From Eledone cirrhosa (Eukaryota): a DNA stretch of 64,000 nucleotides. Below, piece after piece: positions 14,570 through 31,071 of this stretch. The notes under the pieces were generated by a model. The model was given only the letters and a program-made list of their open reading frames with translations, did not search any database and was not told the origin of the DNA. The position numbers and the translations under genes are program-made. The DNA is taken from contig OZ024742.1 of NCBI GenBank assembly GCA_964016885.1, forward strand, positions 48,360,001 through 48,424,000. The letters are read 5' to 3'. Numbering within the stretch: the first letter of the stretch is position 1; each line of letters opens with the position of its first letter.

Positions 14570-17500
14570 GTCCTCATGTAATAAAGCTCGCTTTATTTTG
14601 TATTGAAGGAGAATTTCTGTACTTTATACCATAGGTGCGAAAACTAAATGTATCAGCTCATGTTCCTCTCGGAATGATTGTTAATGTATGTCTGAAATCT
14701 CCTGATAAAACTAATGTAACTCCTCCCATAGATTTATTGTCGCTTCTTATGTCCTGTAAGGTCTTATCAAGAGTTTCCATTTCACCTCTATGTGACATGG
14801 TGCATTCATCCCAAATGATCAGATGTCATTGGCGCAACACTTCTACTGGACCTGAAACTTTGCTTATGTTACCAATTGGACTGTCATTTGTGACCAAATT
14901 TATCAGTAATTTAAAACCAGAAGGAGCTGTTTGTTCTACTGGGAGAAGGATGGCAGCAATGCCAGACGATGCTACAGCAACTGCAATTCTTTTTTGTTGC
15001 CTTACCTTGGGGAGAAGCAATGTTGTTACAAATATTTTACCTGTGCCACCAGTAGCAACATGAAAGAAAATTCCTCCTCTTTTTTAACTGACTTTCGAAA
15101 TAATTTTATCAATATATACAGCGTTGTTCTGGAAGAAGTTTAGGTTCATGGCCATTCACAAATGAATCCAACTATGTGATCTCATACTTTGTCGCTCTTG
15201 TTTTGTCTTGAACTTGACGGTTTGTTTTCGGCAGCCCAAAACCAGACGCTTCCAAATTTTTTACTCCCATAGCCAAAACTTGATCCTCAATTTCAATCAG
15301 TGCTTGGTTAAAAAATGTTTTCAGAGAACTGAATATTGACATCTGTGTTTTCCTGTTGAACGGCATACTTTAAGTCCTCAGCCATGTCCTCACGATGTTT
15401 CATCCAAAGCTGTAGGGGACTGCCAAGTTGACACATGTTCAGCATAATTGCAAAAAGGTTACAGTGATTCCTTAGAGTATCTGACACTGATTCTGCAGTC
15501 TATGCAAGCTACCAATGATTATCATTTTCTAACAAACACTTTTGATAGAATGATTCCCAATAAGTTTCACACACATAAACGTTTAACCTCCTCAAATATT
15601 GGAATGATTTGGGACCACGTACTTCATGCAAAAAGAGCCCTAATTAGTAGCATTCTGCTTGGTTTGGGTGGACACTGTAAACTCTTGAAAGACCACCAGC
15701 CCCACGTTCCCTCTTGTGCAATTTATTGTTTCTCCAGGTGTAATACTTGGGTAATTCTAGGTAAAGGAGTTTTCTTGCATCTTCATCTTCTTGACACAAC
15801 TTAAAAAAGCAGTTAGTGTAGTTGCGTTTGGAGAAAGGGCTTGTTGCAAGGCTGTTTGTTTTGTGAAGATAACCCTTTGACCCTTCTCAAGATGGACACT
15901 CAGATGAATGATGGCTGGTTGCCTTGCCTTTAATCACTTGGAAAATTGAAGGTGCGCCAAAAAGCCTCATTGTTATTGATGTATCTTCCTCTCTCATACT
16001 GTGCAACTTCGACATTTCTATTTATCTGCTGACTTCCATTCTACATAAGAGTGTATGTTGCAACATTTGCAAACATACTTAATAGACTTAACAGAGTTGC
16101 AGAATTCAACATTGATATGGGCTTTGAAAGTTTTTGTAAGAAGAGGACAGTAGGGTACCATCCACCGATTGTCAATAATGAATGCTTGCCCATTTCTCTT
16201 CTTTTTTTTCGAAGGGAATCCCCCATGCCCAGGTTTTCTTCTCCTTTAAAGGGAGTTTGGGTTTCCTGTAGAGAGGGGCGTGGGTAGGTCCTGGTACACT
16301 AATTATCCCTCATGCATTGGGAGGATGGATTACTTGAACCACAAGGCCCATGAATCATCGTGGAGTGGACAATTTCATGAAACAAAGGATCTTGTTATGG
16401 ATCAAGTAGTTCAACTGAGATAAATAAATCAATATCATTTGGCGGAAGTTTTTCACGTAACTCAATCAAAATGTGAGCATATGCCAATCCTCATTTATGT
16501 CATTCAATTGTGTACATGTCACATTTGACTAGTCCAAATACTTCACTTTATTTTAGGACATCCATCAGCTTTATAAGTCTGAACATCCTAGCTATAATAT
16601 TATGGTGAACTTTGGGCTCTTGCTGATGAAAAGAATCACTCTTTATTTCATGCCATGCTGGGTTACATGTAAACGTAATGAAGAGGACTGGACGACCATA
16701 GTGTCTGACGTATGTAAGTGCATCTTTGGTACGCTCATGCATATACCGTGAACTTCGTGTAAAGCTTGTTGGAAAAATAATGCAAAGCTGTCCAATGTTA
16801 TCAACAGCCAATGCTCCTTCGTTACTGATTGCATCTCTCAGGTGAATGTTATCTGATGCACGGATATCTTTCTGGTGCGTTCTAATGTAAAGAAGCCTTT
16901 CTCCTTCAATGATTACATACATATCAGATGCAAATTGCTACATCTCACGTGAACGATGAAGAATATCGAAAAATTCGAGTATTGCTATCTTAATATGAAA
17001 TGGTAAGCATAGAAATCCATGCAGCTTACTGTTTTTGTCAGTGCAGGAGCTCATCTTATAAGATCAGTTTTTTTATATCATAGTGATATCCATCTTGGCG
17101 AAATACACAGATTAATGGATACTGTAGTGCATCATATGATCGGTGGGTTGCATTTATCGGCTGCATCTTATTTCCTCTTCCCTGAATAATAATATCTCTC
17201 TTCCCATACTCATCGTCTTTAATAACTAGTGCTACTTCATTTGTGGCAGAAGCATTGTAGCAGCCTCTGAGTTCAGCAACAGGCTTTTTGTTTGCATCAA
17301 TAACTATCTTAAATTCAGTCGGTGGTGCAGATTCTAATGCATACTTGTAGCTTCTGAAGTAACGATAGTTTGCATGCAATATCTTTCAGATCAAAGATTA
17401 ACACTTCTTTCAAATTTGGAAGGTTAAATGACCGTTGCAAAGCCCGCTTCTTGTAATTTGCAAGAAAATATAGCTGTAAAAACTGAGGATGTTTGTCTTC

Positions 17501-18260
17501 AGTTGGCAACAAAGTTCCAATACGAGGGTATATGTGACCTTGGACGTTAAAAGTTGGTTTCATGGTCCCTTCTCTTATAATATTGTTACCAACGGGTGTC
17601 ATTTGGAAAGTAGAATTATAATTACTAATTTCTTTCAAGAAGTGCATGCTCCTTGATGTGTTTCCCAAAAGCAATGCCTTCAAAGTATCTGGGGTCTAAC
17701 AAATGTCGGTAAAACAACTGTTCCTCCACCACAACACATAGTGGTGTTTCTCTTTCCCATTTCGTTCCTTTACAAAAACTGCACCCATTTGACATTGCTC
17801 AAATATCAATCAATTTCTTAGTAGAATAATGTTTTGTATCAGAGTTGAAAGCTGATCTTTTCCAAGTCCCCTTGAAAGCTGCAATTCTTTTTTCAAGCGC
17901 ATTCAGCCTATCTTGATCAAGACGCTTACGTCTCTCCATTGAGGATCGGCGAAGTCTTGCAGCAACTGCTTGCTCCTGTTTTTTTCTTTGTCTAATCTCT
18001 CGCTGTCTCATTGGCAACTCTGGCGGATTGTCTTTGTCTGGCGTCCTTTAACCGTTTTACTCCTCCCTTTCTTGATTCTTAGCTTGATTGCATTTTGTTG
18101 ACGTAATTGTTCTGACCATTTTTCTCTTGTCTCTTGTGACTCATTGGTCCTGCATGCAGCAGCTCTACTCCGGTCGTTTTCATGTCTTTTCTGTCGTTGT
18201 GTAGGGGTCTCTAATGACCTTTCCCTGGCTACCTGTACTCGTCTTTGCTTCACTATAGAA
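14570..18260 (-). pseudogene. Helitron Rep/helicase (RepHel), heavily disrupted and 3'-truncated
   Basis: In order on the minus strand: charged N-terminus; CSFC..CCGGGTV Zn motif (~17720-17790); NYNSTFQMT; FNVQGHIY.RIG.LLP..FLQLYF; HRSYDALQYPL; Rep motif I LFITFTCNPAW.EI; motif II IE..GLAYAHIL; HGPCG; SIKYVCK; PIF1 helicase GGTGK, VASSGIAA, IIWDECTM, GGVTLVLSGDFR. Confidence 0.93.
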
Positions 18261-18845
18261 TCTTGATCATCTATTCATCTACCCCGTCTCCTCTTGTAGA
18301 GAGTAAGAACGTTTATCTCGGAAACTTTTTTTGAAAATTAAAATGGGGATTAAATGAAAAAAGAGTGCAAGTTAAATGGCAATTGTGGAACGCTGCACCC
18401 AAACGCACACGCCCACACGAACGTACACACGCACGCAAATGCACACACGCCCGCAAACGCACACACGCATGAACACACGTTGATAGTTTTTACTTTCAGT
18501 GGAACGCCACACATGTTAATAGGTATTACTTTGCTTCCCTTGTTATTTCCACACACATCACACACACATGTATCTAAACACATGCAATAGCAAAAAATAC
18601 AGCGTCTCAATCTATTTCCCGCTATCTTCTCTGCCTTTGTGTCGGCTTTCTTTCAACTTCTCCTATAGAACATACATACAGTATCAAACATACAGCGTTT
18701 GTCTCTCCCGCTATTCCCCTCTCTTTCACCTCCTATAGAAACTTGTTCACTCTCTGTATTTCTTTCTCTCTTTTCTCTCTGTATTTTTCTCAATCTCACA
18801 TCTTCTCTCTCACCATCTCTAACACTTCCTCTCTTTGAGGCTACG

Positions 18846-18929
<84 letters not shown>

Positions 18930-19133
18930 CTAACTCATTCACACACTCACACTATTTACACTTCTCCGTCTATCGGAAAACATTGTGACGAATGAGGAGA
19001 TGGAGAAGTAACATTACATCGGGATATATCACGGTAAGCAATAATTCTATATTTGAAAGTCTTCGGCTGGTTGCTACTAAGTTAGACATAGGCTGGACCA
19101 ATACTAGCCGAAACCTATCAAAGTTTATCAAAG

Positions 19134-19172
<39 letters not shown>

Positions 19173-19173
<1 letters not shown>

Positions 19174-19583
19174 TAGCCCGGGATTTGAAATTATGTTAAG
19201 AATGTACAGCTAGGAAGTAAATTGAATGGAAAATCCCGTAAGGATTTAGTTTTTATGGGTTTGCTGACACAGGCATGTGACTTAGAAGAAAATCGATGCT
19301 CGCTTAAGAGCCTTGTAGTGCAGAGAATAAACACCTAAAACTTTGTCGCGAGTGACAAAAAAATGTGCAAGCTACAGCTGAAAAGTTGTAGGTCCCAACA
19401 TTTTTGAATGGAAAGTCCCATAAGGATTTTGTTTTTATTGATTTCTACCTTACATCATGCACTTTAGAAAATATAATTTTGCAATCGATTTTTTATTGCT
19501 CAACGTGGGTCGCAACGTGCACAGAACATTTGATCAAATTCGGTTGGGAATTGTAAAAGCCATAGCTGTCCAAAGTTGTCCAC

Positions 19584-19659
<76 letters not shown>

Positions 19660-19691
19660 ACACACACATCCTCGCTTTTATATATATATAG
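19173..19691 (-). mobile_element. Non-autonomous Helitron (5'-TC ... CTAG-3') with internal (CA)n
   Basis: Minus strand begins a|TCTATATATATATAAAAGCGAGGATGTGTG and ends CCGGGCTAG|t. The same 5' end recurs at ~20468, and 19480-19575 is repeated at 20475-20605. Confidence 0.6.
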
Positions 19692-19799
19692 ATTTTGTAG
19701 CTCTAGCATCACTCCTTCATAGTCAGCCAAAGAACTTTTCAACCCAGATTGTTATACAATACACAATTACTTGTCCTAACTGGTTTCAATAATTTGTTC

Positions 19800-20400
19800 A
19801 TCTCCTCACTCTTCTACTTTTTTCTCCTCTCCTTCAACGTATCTTCCTACCACTTTCCGCCACTCTTACTTACTCCGTCTCTTTCTTTCTGTTATTTTCT
19901 CTCTTTCTTTCTCTCTTATTATATCTTATTTCCCCCATCTCTCTCTGTTTGTGTTATTTCTCCTCTCTTTCTCTTTCTCCCTCTCTCTCCCTCTGTCTCT
20001 TTTTCCCTCTCTTTATACTTCATCTGCCCCCCCTCTATTAATTATGGCTTTCCGCTCTCACTCTTTTGTATCACTCCTCTCTTTCTTTCTCTCTTTGTAT
20101 CACATCTCCCTCTTTCTCTTTCTCTGTACCATATCTCATCTCTCTCCCTCTCTCTCTCTTTGTACAATATCTTCCCTCTCTCACTCTCTTTATACCATAA
20201 CTCCTCTCTCTCTCCCTCTGTACCATATCTTCTCTCTCCCTATCTCCCTGTACCATACCTACTCTCTCTCTCTCTGTAACATATCTCCTCTCTCTCCTTC
20301 TGTACTATATCTCCCACCTCTCCCTCTTTACCATATCTTCTCCCTCTCTCACTCTCTCTTTCGCTCGCTCGCTCTCTCACACTATCTGTGTTTCCTCTAC
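19800..20400. repeat. CT-rich degenerate minisatellite (ctctgtaccatatct-like units)
   Basis: Recurrent tgtaccatatct/tgtatcacatct units within a polypyrimidine tract; probably Helitron subterminal sequence. Confidence 0.65.
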
Positions 20401-20604
20401 CAATGATTCTGACCCCGGTGGTCTTTTATACTCTGTACACACACATCCTCGCTTTTATATATATAGATAATTTTGCTATCGATTTTTTATTGCTCACTGT
20501 GGGTCGATTTGAAAAGAAATTATGATGTGACCATCGTAGCGACAGGTGCAACGTGCACAGAAAATTTGGTCAAATTCGGTTGGGAATTGTTAAAGCCTTA
20601 GCTG

Positions 20605-20669
<65 letters not shown>

Positions 20670-20739
20670 ATATATATATATCTATCTCTCTCACTCTCTC
20701 TCTATATATATATATTTATATATATATATATGTGTGTGA

Positions 20740-23070
<2,331 letters not shown>

Positions 23071-23072
23071 AA

Positions 23073-23290
<218 letters not shown>

Positions 23291-23339
23291 TTATATATAG
23301 AGGTTATCACATACATAAAATTAAATTAAATTAAATCAA

Positions 23340-24285
23340 GGATACATATATGTGTTGCAACTGTTCACTTTTAAGCTCAATGAAGAATTAATAAATTAAA
23401 ATAAAAAAATCAGAGCATTATATCATAAAACTTGTCTATAGAATCAATCAGATATTAAAATATATACTATTTCTTCTTCTAATCAGCATAATTAACCATA
23501 TACATAATCAAATCTAGCAAGCTTTAAGAGTAAATTTTCTAACGGGGAAATCTCCGACAAATAATTGATCGCAGCTAGTTCGCGTTAACTCCGTTCACCA
23601 TTTATCAAACACTTCGGCAGCATGCAGAATCCGATCAAATATATCGTCAACCGCACGTAATTAGTAGTAAAATTAAACTTAGAAGAAATGCGCACATACC
23701 GTAATTATATCTCTACCATGGTTTCTTCCTTGCTCCCTATCGGTTGAGATTAAATTTGGCGATATATGGCTGCGCTTTCTAGCAGCATGCCTACCCGCCG
23801 TAAGCAACCAATCACACCCTTTCTCTCTGGCTGGTACACAGCTACATAGCGATCTTAGCCATTTTTGAATCTAAATTTGGCGCGGTCGGTCTGAGAAATT
23901 AAATGTTTATTTCTGAGTTTATCTCCTGATGATTCCTGACTCAAGGCAAGTCCATATTATTTGGATGTCCTAAACAAGGAAGAAACCATGGTAGAGATAT
24001 AATTACAGTATGTGCGCATTTCTTCTATGTTTAATTTTACTACTAATTACGTGCGGTTGACGATATATTTGATCGGATTCTGCATGCTGCCGAAGTGTTT
24101 GATAAATAATGGAACGGAGTTACCGCGATCTAGCTGCGATCAATTATTTGTCGGAGATTTCCCCGTTAGAAAATTTACTCTTAAAGCTTGCTAGATTTGA
24201 TTATGTATATGGTTAATTATGCTGATTAGAAGAAGAAATAGTATATATTTTAATATCTGATTGATTCTATAGACATGATTTATGT
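23340..24285. mobile_element. Fold-back PLE pLTR element (family D); related copy at 48830-49455
   Basis: 23420-23732 is the reverse complement of 23975-24285; the inner segment is itself inverted. Confidence 0.8.
23920..23999 (+). ncRNA. Type I hammerhead ribozyme with extended stem II and palindromic stem III
   Basis: TATCTC-CTGATGA-TTCCT..AGGAA-GAAA-CCATGG-TA-GAGATA. A related copy at 49148-49224 (-) has GAAA changed to GTAA. Confidence 0.82.
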
Positions 24286-24289
24286 AGTA

Positions 24290-24915
<626 letters not shown>

Positions 24916-24965
24916 TATATATATATATATATACAGTTCAAGAGTAACCAATCTTAAAGAGAGAG

Positions 24966-25032
24966 ATGGAGATAGGAGAGGAGATAGGAGAGGAGATAGG
25001 AGAGGAGATAGGAGAGGAGATAGGAGAGGAGG
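24966..25032 (+). repeat. 12-bp tandem repeat (GGAGATAGGAGA)x5
   Basis: Direct reading. Confidence 0.9.
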
Positions 25033-25059
25033 GATTGCTGAATTAGTTAGAAGCCAAAG

Positions 25060-27038
25060 CGTAAAGGCATCATAAGCCAAACTTTATAGAGGACCCATCT
25101 ATTAGACTTATAAGCCCAACCTCATTTGACCTGGGTCGTATCAGTTAGAACATCCTTGATAGGATCATCCTTGATAGGATCATCATTGATAGGATCATCC
25201 TTGGGCTACGGGATGATATCACCTACAAGTTGTGGTCCAACACCGGCCAAGTCATTAGATGGTTCTCCGATCTAAGGTCCAAGCAATTTATGAGTTTCAT
25301 CGAATTTGATATTGATAGCTATTACGCTTCAATAACCCAGGAACTGCTCAACAAAGCTTTAACCCTAGCTAGCACCAACTCGGACATAACCAAAAATGAG
25401 ATTGACATCATACTTATGGCTAGGCAGACCATCATTGAATTGAAAGTAGAACTCTGGACTAGAAAAGACGGAACGGACAACTTTGACATCACGATGGTCT
25501 CAAGTGACTCTGCGCAAATCACCGATTTAGTTGGAATTTACCTATTACATAACATCAGAGCCGAAATCCAACCCTTGCAAAGCGGAATATACAGGGACGA
25601 CGCCCTATTTGCTGTCCACAATTGCACTAATCGGGGCATTGATTTGCTGAAAAAACAATTACATAGATTCTTTAAAAATAACGGTCTCTATCACCATCGA
25701 GCCGAACCATAAAGTAGTAAACTTCCTAGACGTCACCCTGGATCTTAACAAAAACCTATATTACCCTTACCGTAAACCAAGTGAAATATTTACATATTTT
25801 AGCCCATACTCATATCACCCACCGTCAGTCATCAGAGCAGTAATCAAATCTATCTCGTATAGGATCTCCTTGCTATCAGCAAATGAGGAGATATTTATAA
25901 ACCATGCACCATATTATAATAAGGCTCTTTCTGAATCTGGTTATGAACAGTCCATTTACTACATACTTAAATGCCATAACACAGCAATTCACCATAATAA
26001 ACTTAACACTAGAACTAGAAATACCTTAGCATATAGCCAGATTCGCCGGAATGTTAGCAGTAACAGCACCTATACAGAGAACTTTAATGGTGCCAGCCGC
26101 CTGCTTCCCACTCCAAGTAGCAAACTAAAAATCAAAACTAGAATAGGAATGAGCAATGGGATGACAAATAACAAATGCCCAGGTAATAATAACCCCAGGA
26201 AGGCCCCTACCAACTCCACTAGAACCCCTAGAAGGAATAGGCCTAGAAATGTCACCTGGCTTAACCCCCATTCTCATCTAATCTAGCCACTAATATCCCT
26301 AAACGCTTCTTCTCTATCCAATGTAAACATCCTCCCCCCAACCATAGATATTACAAACTCTTTAATAAAAATAACATTAAAATCTCATTCTCCACAACAC
26401 CTAACCTAGCTAGCCACATCGCATTCAGTAACCATCATAAACTAAGACAGTATAACTCCCACACCGCGGTACCACCACCCCTATCAAATATACCACGCCA
26501 CTACACCAATACTTACTCTAGTAACACACCTTCCCCATCTAATCCTTCTAACACTGACCAACCGCTCAGGTTAAACTACCCTACTCTCACTGACCGCAGT
26601 AGTAACTGCAACTGCCGTTACCCTAATACATGCCCACTAAATGGACACTCCCTGTCACCCAACATAGTCTATACGTGCAGGGTTAAAACTGCTTCGAATA
26701 ACAACTTCTATATCGGGTATACCTCTAACCCTTTTAAGGGACGCTATAACGCGCACTCTTTTTCCTTCCGAGACCCTAACAACAGATGTTCGACATCTCT
26801 AGCTAGGCTCATTAAAAACCTTAAATTAACCAACATTGAACACTCACTAACATGGGATATCGTAGCTAGGGCCCAACCGTTCAATGAACGAAGAAAATCT
26901 TGTGATCTCTATATTACCGAAGCATATTACATAACTCTATCACGACCTCTACCGATGAACGATAGAAGGGAGGTAACTATTAGCTGTCAACATCGAAGGG
27001 CTAATTCCTTCGCCAACAGAATATTTGACCCAACATAG
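25060..27038 (+). pseudogene. Naiad-type Penelope-like RT + GIY-YIG (family C), 5'-truncated and frameshifted; 3' UTR to ~27655
   Basis: PIRLISPT, LWSNTGQVIRWF, FIEFDIDSYYASI, FDITM.SSDSAQITDLVGIYLL, GIYRDDAL, VNFLDVTLDL, WLNP, CNCRYPNTCPL, YIGYT..FKGRY..H, WDIVARA..CDL, NDRRE..SCQH. Confidence 0.92.
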
Positions 27039-27407
27039 TCATCTAGCCCCATTTTTACTTGTAGCTATTACGTTAAATAGCTATAACTAACTTAGATAAT
27101 TATAAGTTACATTGTCTCTCAATTAAAAAATTAAAAAATTAGCACTTAACTATAAACTACCCACAATATCTAATCTCTCGATTAGTTACTACCCCTGAAA
27201 CCACCCTCTAATAAGTAAGGTACATATGTCCATTGGCGGCCATCTTGTTACCCATAGGCAGATCTCAAACAATGCAGCCTCGACAGAAGAACACTGCTTG
27301 ATTATGGCAGACAATTGATACATCCAGGGCACCATAGTGAAATACCAATAAATGGAACATTACATTTATGTTTCAATCTTTCCTTATTTTAATTTATATT
27401 CCTTTGA

Positions 27408-27527
27408 AGTTCCGATGAGCCGCTCTATCTTTAACTATGTTAATTATTTTCAACTGAACCAGATCAATAATGATATATAGTCATTTGATCCAGAAATATT
27501 ATATGGAGTAGCGAAACAATTGTAAAC
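27408..27527 (+). ncRNA. Hammerhead-like motif with CCGAUGA core (U4C), very long stem II and palindromic stem III
   Basis: GTT-CCGATGA-GCcGCTCTAT..~70 nt..ATGGAGTaGC-GAAA-CAATTG-TA-AAC, in the 3' UTR of the family C PLE. Confidence 0.5.
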
Positions 27528-27648
27528 GGACATTATTATTATTAATATTATTATTATTCTCTACATTCCTTACATGAAACTAAAATACGATGACAAACTT
27601 TTAATAATGTCTTCCTTGTGAAATTTCTGGTCTTGTTTGCTTAACTAA

Positions 27649-27728
<80 letters not shown>

Positions 27729-29355
27729 TTAGTTAAGCAAAACAAGACCAGAAATTTCACAAGGAAGACATTATTATAAGATTGTCGTCATATTTTAGTT
27801 TGATGTAGGAGAAACGTCCGCATTCGCTCGTCAGACAAGGCTATTTAAAACATAGTGAAATATTTGAAAAAACTCCTCAAGAAAGGCAAACGTTTAACGG
27901 GCACAAAAAAAAGTAATAGTACAAGAAATGTATGAACAATAAAAATAAAGAAATATAGTAAGGGGATGTGTGTAAATGTGTGTATATGCACTTACATATG
28001 TACATATGTACATGTGTGTGTATGTACAACTGCATGTGTGTAGTGAAAAAAAAATGTGTGCGTAAGTACATAGATGAGGGCAAACATTAGTGTATGTGTG
28101 ACCACAAATACATATATGTATATATATGTTGAAAAAGGAATTGTAAGTTAATGGAGTTAGCGTACGTACAGACTCAGGGACTAAGGGTTGAAATATATAC
28201 ACATACAAGGATGAAAGAACGCACGCGTATAAACATACACACACGCGCAACCACATACATGTATGTAATATATACAGGGAAGGGAGTGTATAAAGTCAAC
28301 GCAGTGTCAGACGGAAGGTCGATTCAAATATAAAAAATATGATAAAGAAATGAAATAATATATAAGATAAGAATAAAAAAATTAAGGCGAAGAGAAAGTA
28401 AGTGGTAAGGAGGGCTTATAATATATAAAGTAACACTAGAACAAAAAATAAATAAAAAGTAGAAAACATGCATATATGCGAACAAGCTCATACACACATA
28501 CATATATATAAATATATATACATACAGACAAAAACACATGCACAAAAGCATACATACGCATACACGCATACATACATATACACGCATACATACACACAAT
28601 ACATATATATATATACATACATGCACATCTATTCACACGCATGCACGCGACCATATATATATATGTATACGTATATAAATATATACATGTAAAAACACGT
28701 ATCCGTAAACGCACACATACACACACATTTACACATACACGTACACATACGAATGCGTTCGTATACATATACACACACGTATACACATACATGCACACAT
28801 ACGCATACATGCATATATAAAAACCAGCCGTATGAATAAATGGGTACAAAATATACGCACGTATACATACATACAAGCGGCTGAGGGACAACTGAAAATA
28901 CCGAGTTAAAAACACAATTGGCATGTGATATCTGGTAGTGAAAGAAAAGGGGGAAGCAAAATAAATGTAATTCCTGTATAATTGTTGAGATATAAAGTTA
29001 GTGAATCAAATAGCAGGGTTCACTAGTGGATGTGAAGTAAAAATAAAAATGAAAGATACGCGAAACTGAATGAGAAGTCTATGAAGAAGGTAAGTGAAGA
29101 TCAAGAGTTTATGGAGGATAAGTGTCTGAAAGTGAGTTAAGTTTATATGAGCTGGAAAGCAAGTTGTATTACATGTGTGGGCAACTGGGGAATATTTCTC
29201 TTTTTTCATTTAGGCATCATCTGGTAATGAGGTAATTATACTTATTGTTTATTATACATTAAATATTTAGTTGTGTAACTTACATAGAGCACTCTAACTT
29301 ACTCTGACTTTTTCAATTTGCAACGGAAACTTTAATACTTATGTATGTATACATA

Positions 29356-29419
<64 letters not shown>

Positions 29420-29887
29420 CATATCTGAATTTTCATCTGTGCTTTTATGTATTTTTATGGTAGGTGGGTATATTTCTGCGCGCGAGGGTGTAGAATTTCA
29501 AACAAAATAGATGTTATAAACCATGGCCCTATAATTTGGACAATGACAAACTATACATTATCAACGCCAATAATACTAGTGTCGTAGCTTAGGAAATATA
29601 TTAACACATATAGTCAATAGCCAAAAGACATTATCAATAAGGAGGAAACTAAATGAATTATAAATAACTAAAGAACAAAATCAGTGATTTACAGTAATAA
29701 TGTCAATGTTTCCTCTCATTTCCTAAGAAAAAAGTCAGAAATATGGCCACGTAATATATTTATTTCGGCTCGTTATTTTAATCAATTAAATCCATTAACT
29801 TAGCTAAACGAAAATGTAAAGCTCATAATGTTCTGATCTGATTTTAATTGAATGATTTCTATGCTGTACTGAGCCAGGAACAATATA

Positions 29888-30065
29888 ATTGTTTCTACTT
29901 TTAGCACAAGGCCAGCAATTACGCAGTACATTACTGTTACTTTATGTTATCGACCCCGTAAGGATAAAAGGCAAAGTTAACCACGACGGGATTTGAACTC
30001 TAACCATAAAGGGACGTAACTATGCTAGAAAGCATGGCGTCCGACCCTATAGCGGTACTGCCAAT
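29888..30065 (-). mobile_element. tRNA-derived SINE, same family as 40346-40535
   Basis: tatcgaccccgtaaggat..ggcaaagttaac..gggatttgaactc. Confidence 0.75.
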
Positions 30066-30437
30066 ATAATGCTAATGAATTTTGTCCTAGATTCGTCGCT
30101 TGATTACACAAACGGCAAGCAGACGAGTGGGAAATGAAACATTTCCTAAGAAATGCATATAACCATAGAATATAAGAGCAACGGTTAATCTTGATAATGC
30201 CGGTCAATATAAAGTGTAATTATCGGTAATTATAACAGCAATATATCCTGATTTATTTATTATTTAAGATGTGCATCGGAATATGATAGCGCCATCAAAG
30301 TAATTTATTCATCGTAACATTAATATTGAGGATAATTCCCTCATTTGCAAATGATGAAATACAGGCCCTCAAGAATAACGAGGGAACTTTACCTTAATAT
30401 TTAGATGCTGCGATCAAGAGAGGCACATGCCATATAT

Positions 30438-30494
<57 letters not shown>

Positions 30495-31071
30495 ATATAT
30501 TAATAAATGGAAACTATTTTTATAAAACCATATTTATTTTATTATACATATTTCAAGGGCAACCAAGTGCGCTTTCATCAGATAAAATACAGATTTGTTT
30601 TATGAATAAATATTGACATACCCGGAAAAAAAAGTTGGAGCTTCCTGGATAGTGGAGATAGTACATTGATTGAGGGTAATACAAAGTTATGAGTGAGTAT
30701 GCAAATGAGTGTTCGGAAGGTTGATAAGATAACGGTTTATTTAAATTAAACTGCTGGAAGAAAATGATATGTAAGGGAGGGAGAAAAAAAGAAAAAAGAG
30801 AGGAGAAAGATAGAAGAGGAAATAAAGAGCGATTATACATATTGATAGTGAAGATAGAGTGAATGAAGAAATAAGTTTCAAAGGAGAAATATATACAGCG
30901 TAAGTATATCTAAGTGAAAGAAGAAATAAGATTAACAGAGTAGAATAATATTCATAATGCAGGGTTCATTACGTTTTGATTACTTATAAAGATAGGTTGA
31001 AAAATTATATTAAAATTAAAAATTAGAAATCAAAATATCCAATATAATGTTACGGCTCCCAATAATATACA

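Noticed and set aside
24966-25205. CRISPR-like array
   Set aside because: Direct tandem repeats without unique spacers, in a eukaryotic context with no cas genes.
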